Shown: positions 31,790 to 32,000 of the stretch, in pieces
Layout: every line of letters begins with the position of its first letter
How positions within the stretch are numbered: the stretch's first letter is position 1
NCBI RefSeq assembly: GCF_000007225.1
Contig: NC_003364.1
Location: 780,001-812,000 of the forward strand
Direction: 5' to 3'
Source: Pyrobaculum aerophilum str. IM2
GTDB lineage: Archaea > Thermoproteota > Thermoprotei > Thermoproteales > Thermoproteaceae
DNA: 32,000 nucleotides
Notes under the pieces: model-generated
Databases searched by the model: none
What the model was told of the DNA's origin: nothing
The model's input: only the letters and a program-made list of their open reading frames with translations
Program-made: the position numbers and the translations under genes

Positions 31790-32000
31790 ATGGAGTTCAA
31801 GCCCGAGTATTACGCGGCGCTGGAGGTTTTGGCAAGGGGCGGGAGGACTGCGGAGGAGGTGGCGAGGGAGTTAGAAATAGAAGTCCACGAGGCTGAATCG
31901 CTGTTAAACACCCTCATGGCTTATGGCCTAGTGGAGACTAGGGAGAGGGGGCTGATTTTGCGCAAGACTGTATACGTCCTCACGGAAAGGGGGTGGGAGG
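31790..32000 (+). CDS. Winged-helix DNA-binding protein, 3'-truncated by the window edge
   Basis: MEFKPEYYAALEVLARGGRTAEEVARELEIEVHEAESLLNTLMAYGLVETRERGLILRKTVYVLTERGWE..., open to the end of the window. GGTTTTAAAC centred about 26 nt upstream of the ATG. Confidence 0.5.
   Translation, partial: MEFKPEYYAALEVLARGGRTAEEVARELEIEVHEAESLLNTLMAYGLVETRERGLILRKTVYVLTERGWE

Noticed and set aside
1-32000. Looked for CRISPR arrays, rRNA or tRNA genes, transposases, integrases and terminal inverted repeats.
   Set aside because: No regularly spaced direct repeats, no tRNA T-arm/acceptor patterns, and no DDE, tyrosine or serine recombinase-like ORFs were seen by eye. A computational scan (tRNAscan-SE, CRISPR finders, ISfinder) would be needed for certainty.

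Overview
The window looks like a chromosomal segment from a Pyrobaculum-like (Thermoproteales) crenarchaeon. This is an inference from several features: TATA-like boxes about 23-27 nt upstream of many start codons (leaderless geometry), a family-5 uracil-DNA glycosylase, a SoxM-type oxidase I+III fusion alongside a ba3-type oxidase, and archaeal-style Pro/Thr/Ser stalks. All family calls come from reading motifs by eye; no searches were run.

Layout:
- 1-2.7 kb: two HEPN->nucleotidyltransferase (MNT) modules, both apparently damaged. They flank a CBS-pair protein and two convergent small DUF131-like membrane paralogs.
- 2.75-6.84 kb: an AT-rich four-gene CUT1-type sugar ABC importer on the minus strand.
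- 6.84-7.47 kb: an AT-rich stretch with no ORF.
- 7.47-12.5 kb: housekeeping genes (UDG family 5, EamA transporter, PaaI thioesterase, citramalate synthase, an orphan HdrD/GlpC-like Fe-S protein).
- 12.8-31.65 kb: a dense aerobic-respiration and metallocofactor-assembly supercluster, made of four units. (a) A minus-strand operon: small subunit, CoxII, CoxI+III, two membrane proteins, heme O synthase, PCuAC copper chaperone. (b) A divergent plus-strand operon: CtaA-like protein, divergent CcmF-like protein, membrane-anchored cytochrome c, TAT-Rieske, cytochrome b, two small membrane proteins. (c) A ba3-type oxidase operon that includes a 41-codon subunit IIa gene absent from the ORF track, followed by SCO1 and a Cys-rich wHTH protein. 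(d) A tightly overlapped operon nosL-nosL-nosD-nosF-nosY plus a His-rich membrane protein, with no nosZ in the window.

The nos-like operon is the best candidate for an undescribed system. It could be a copper or copper-sulfide centre assembly machine serving the adjacent oxidases, or an unidentified N2O reductase. I recognised no rRNA, tRNA, CRISPR array, transposase or integrase.
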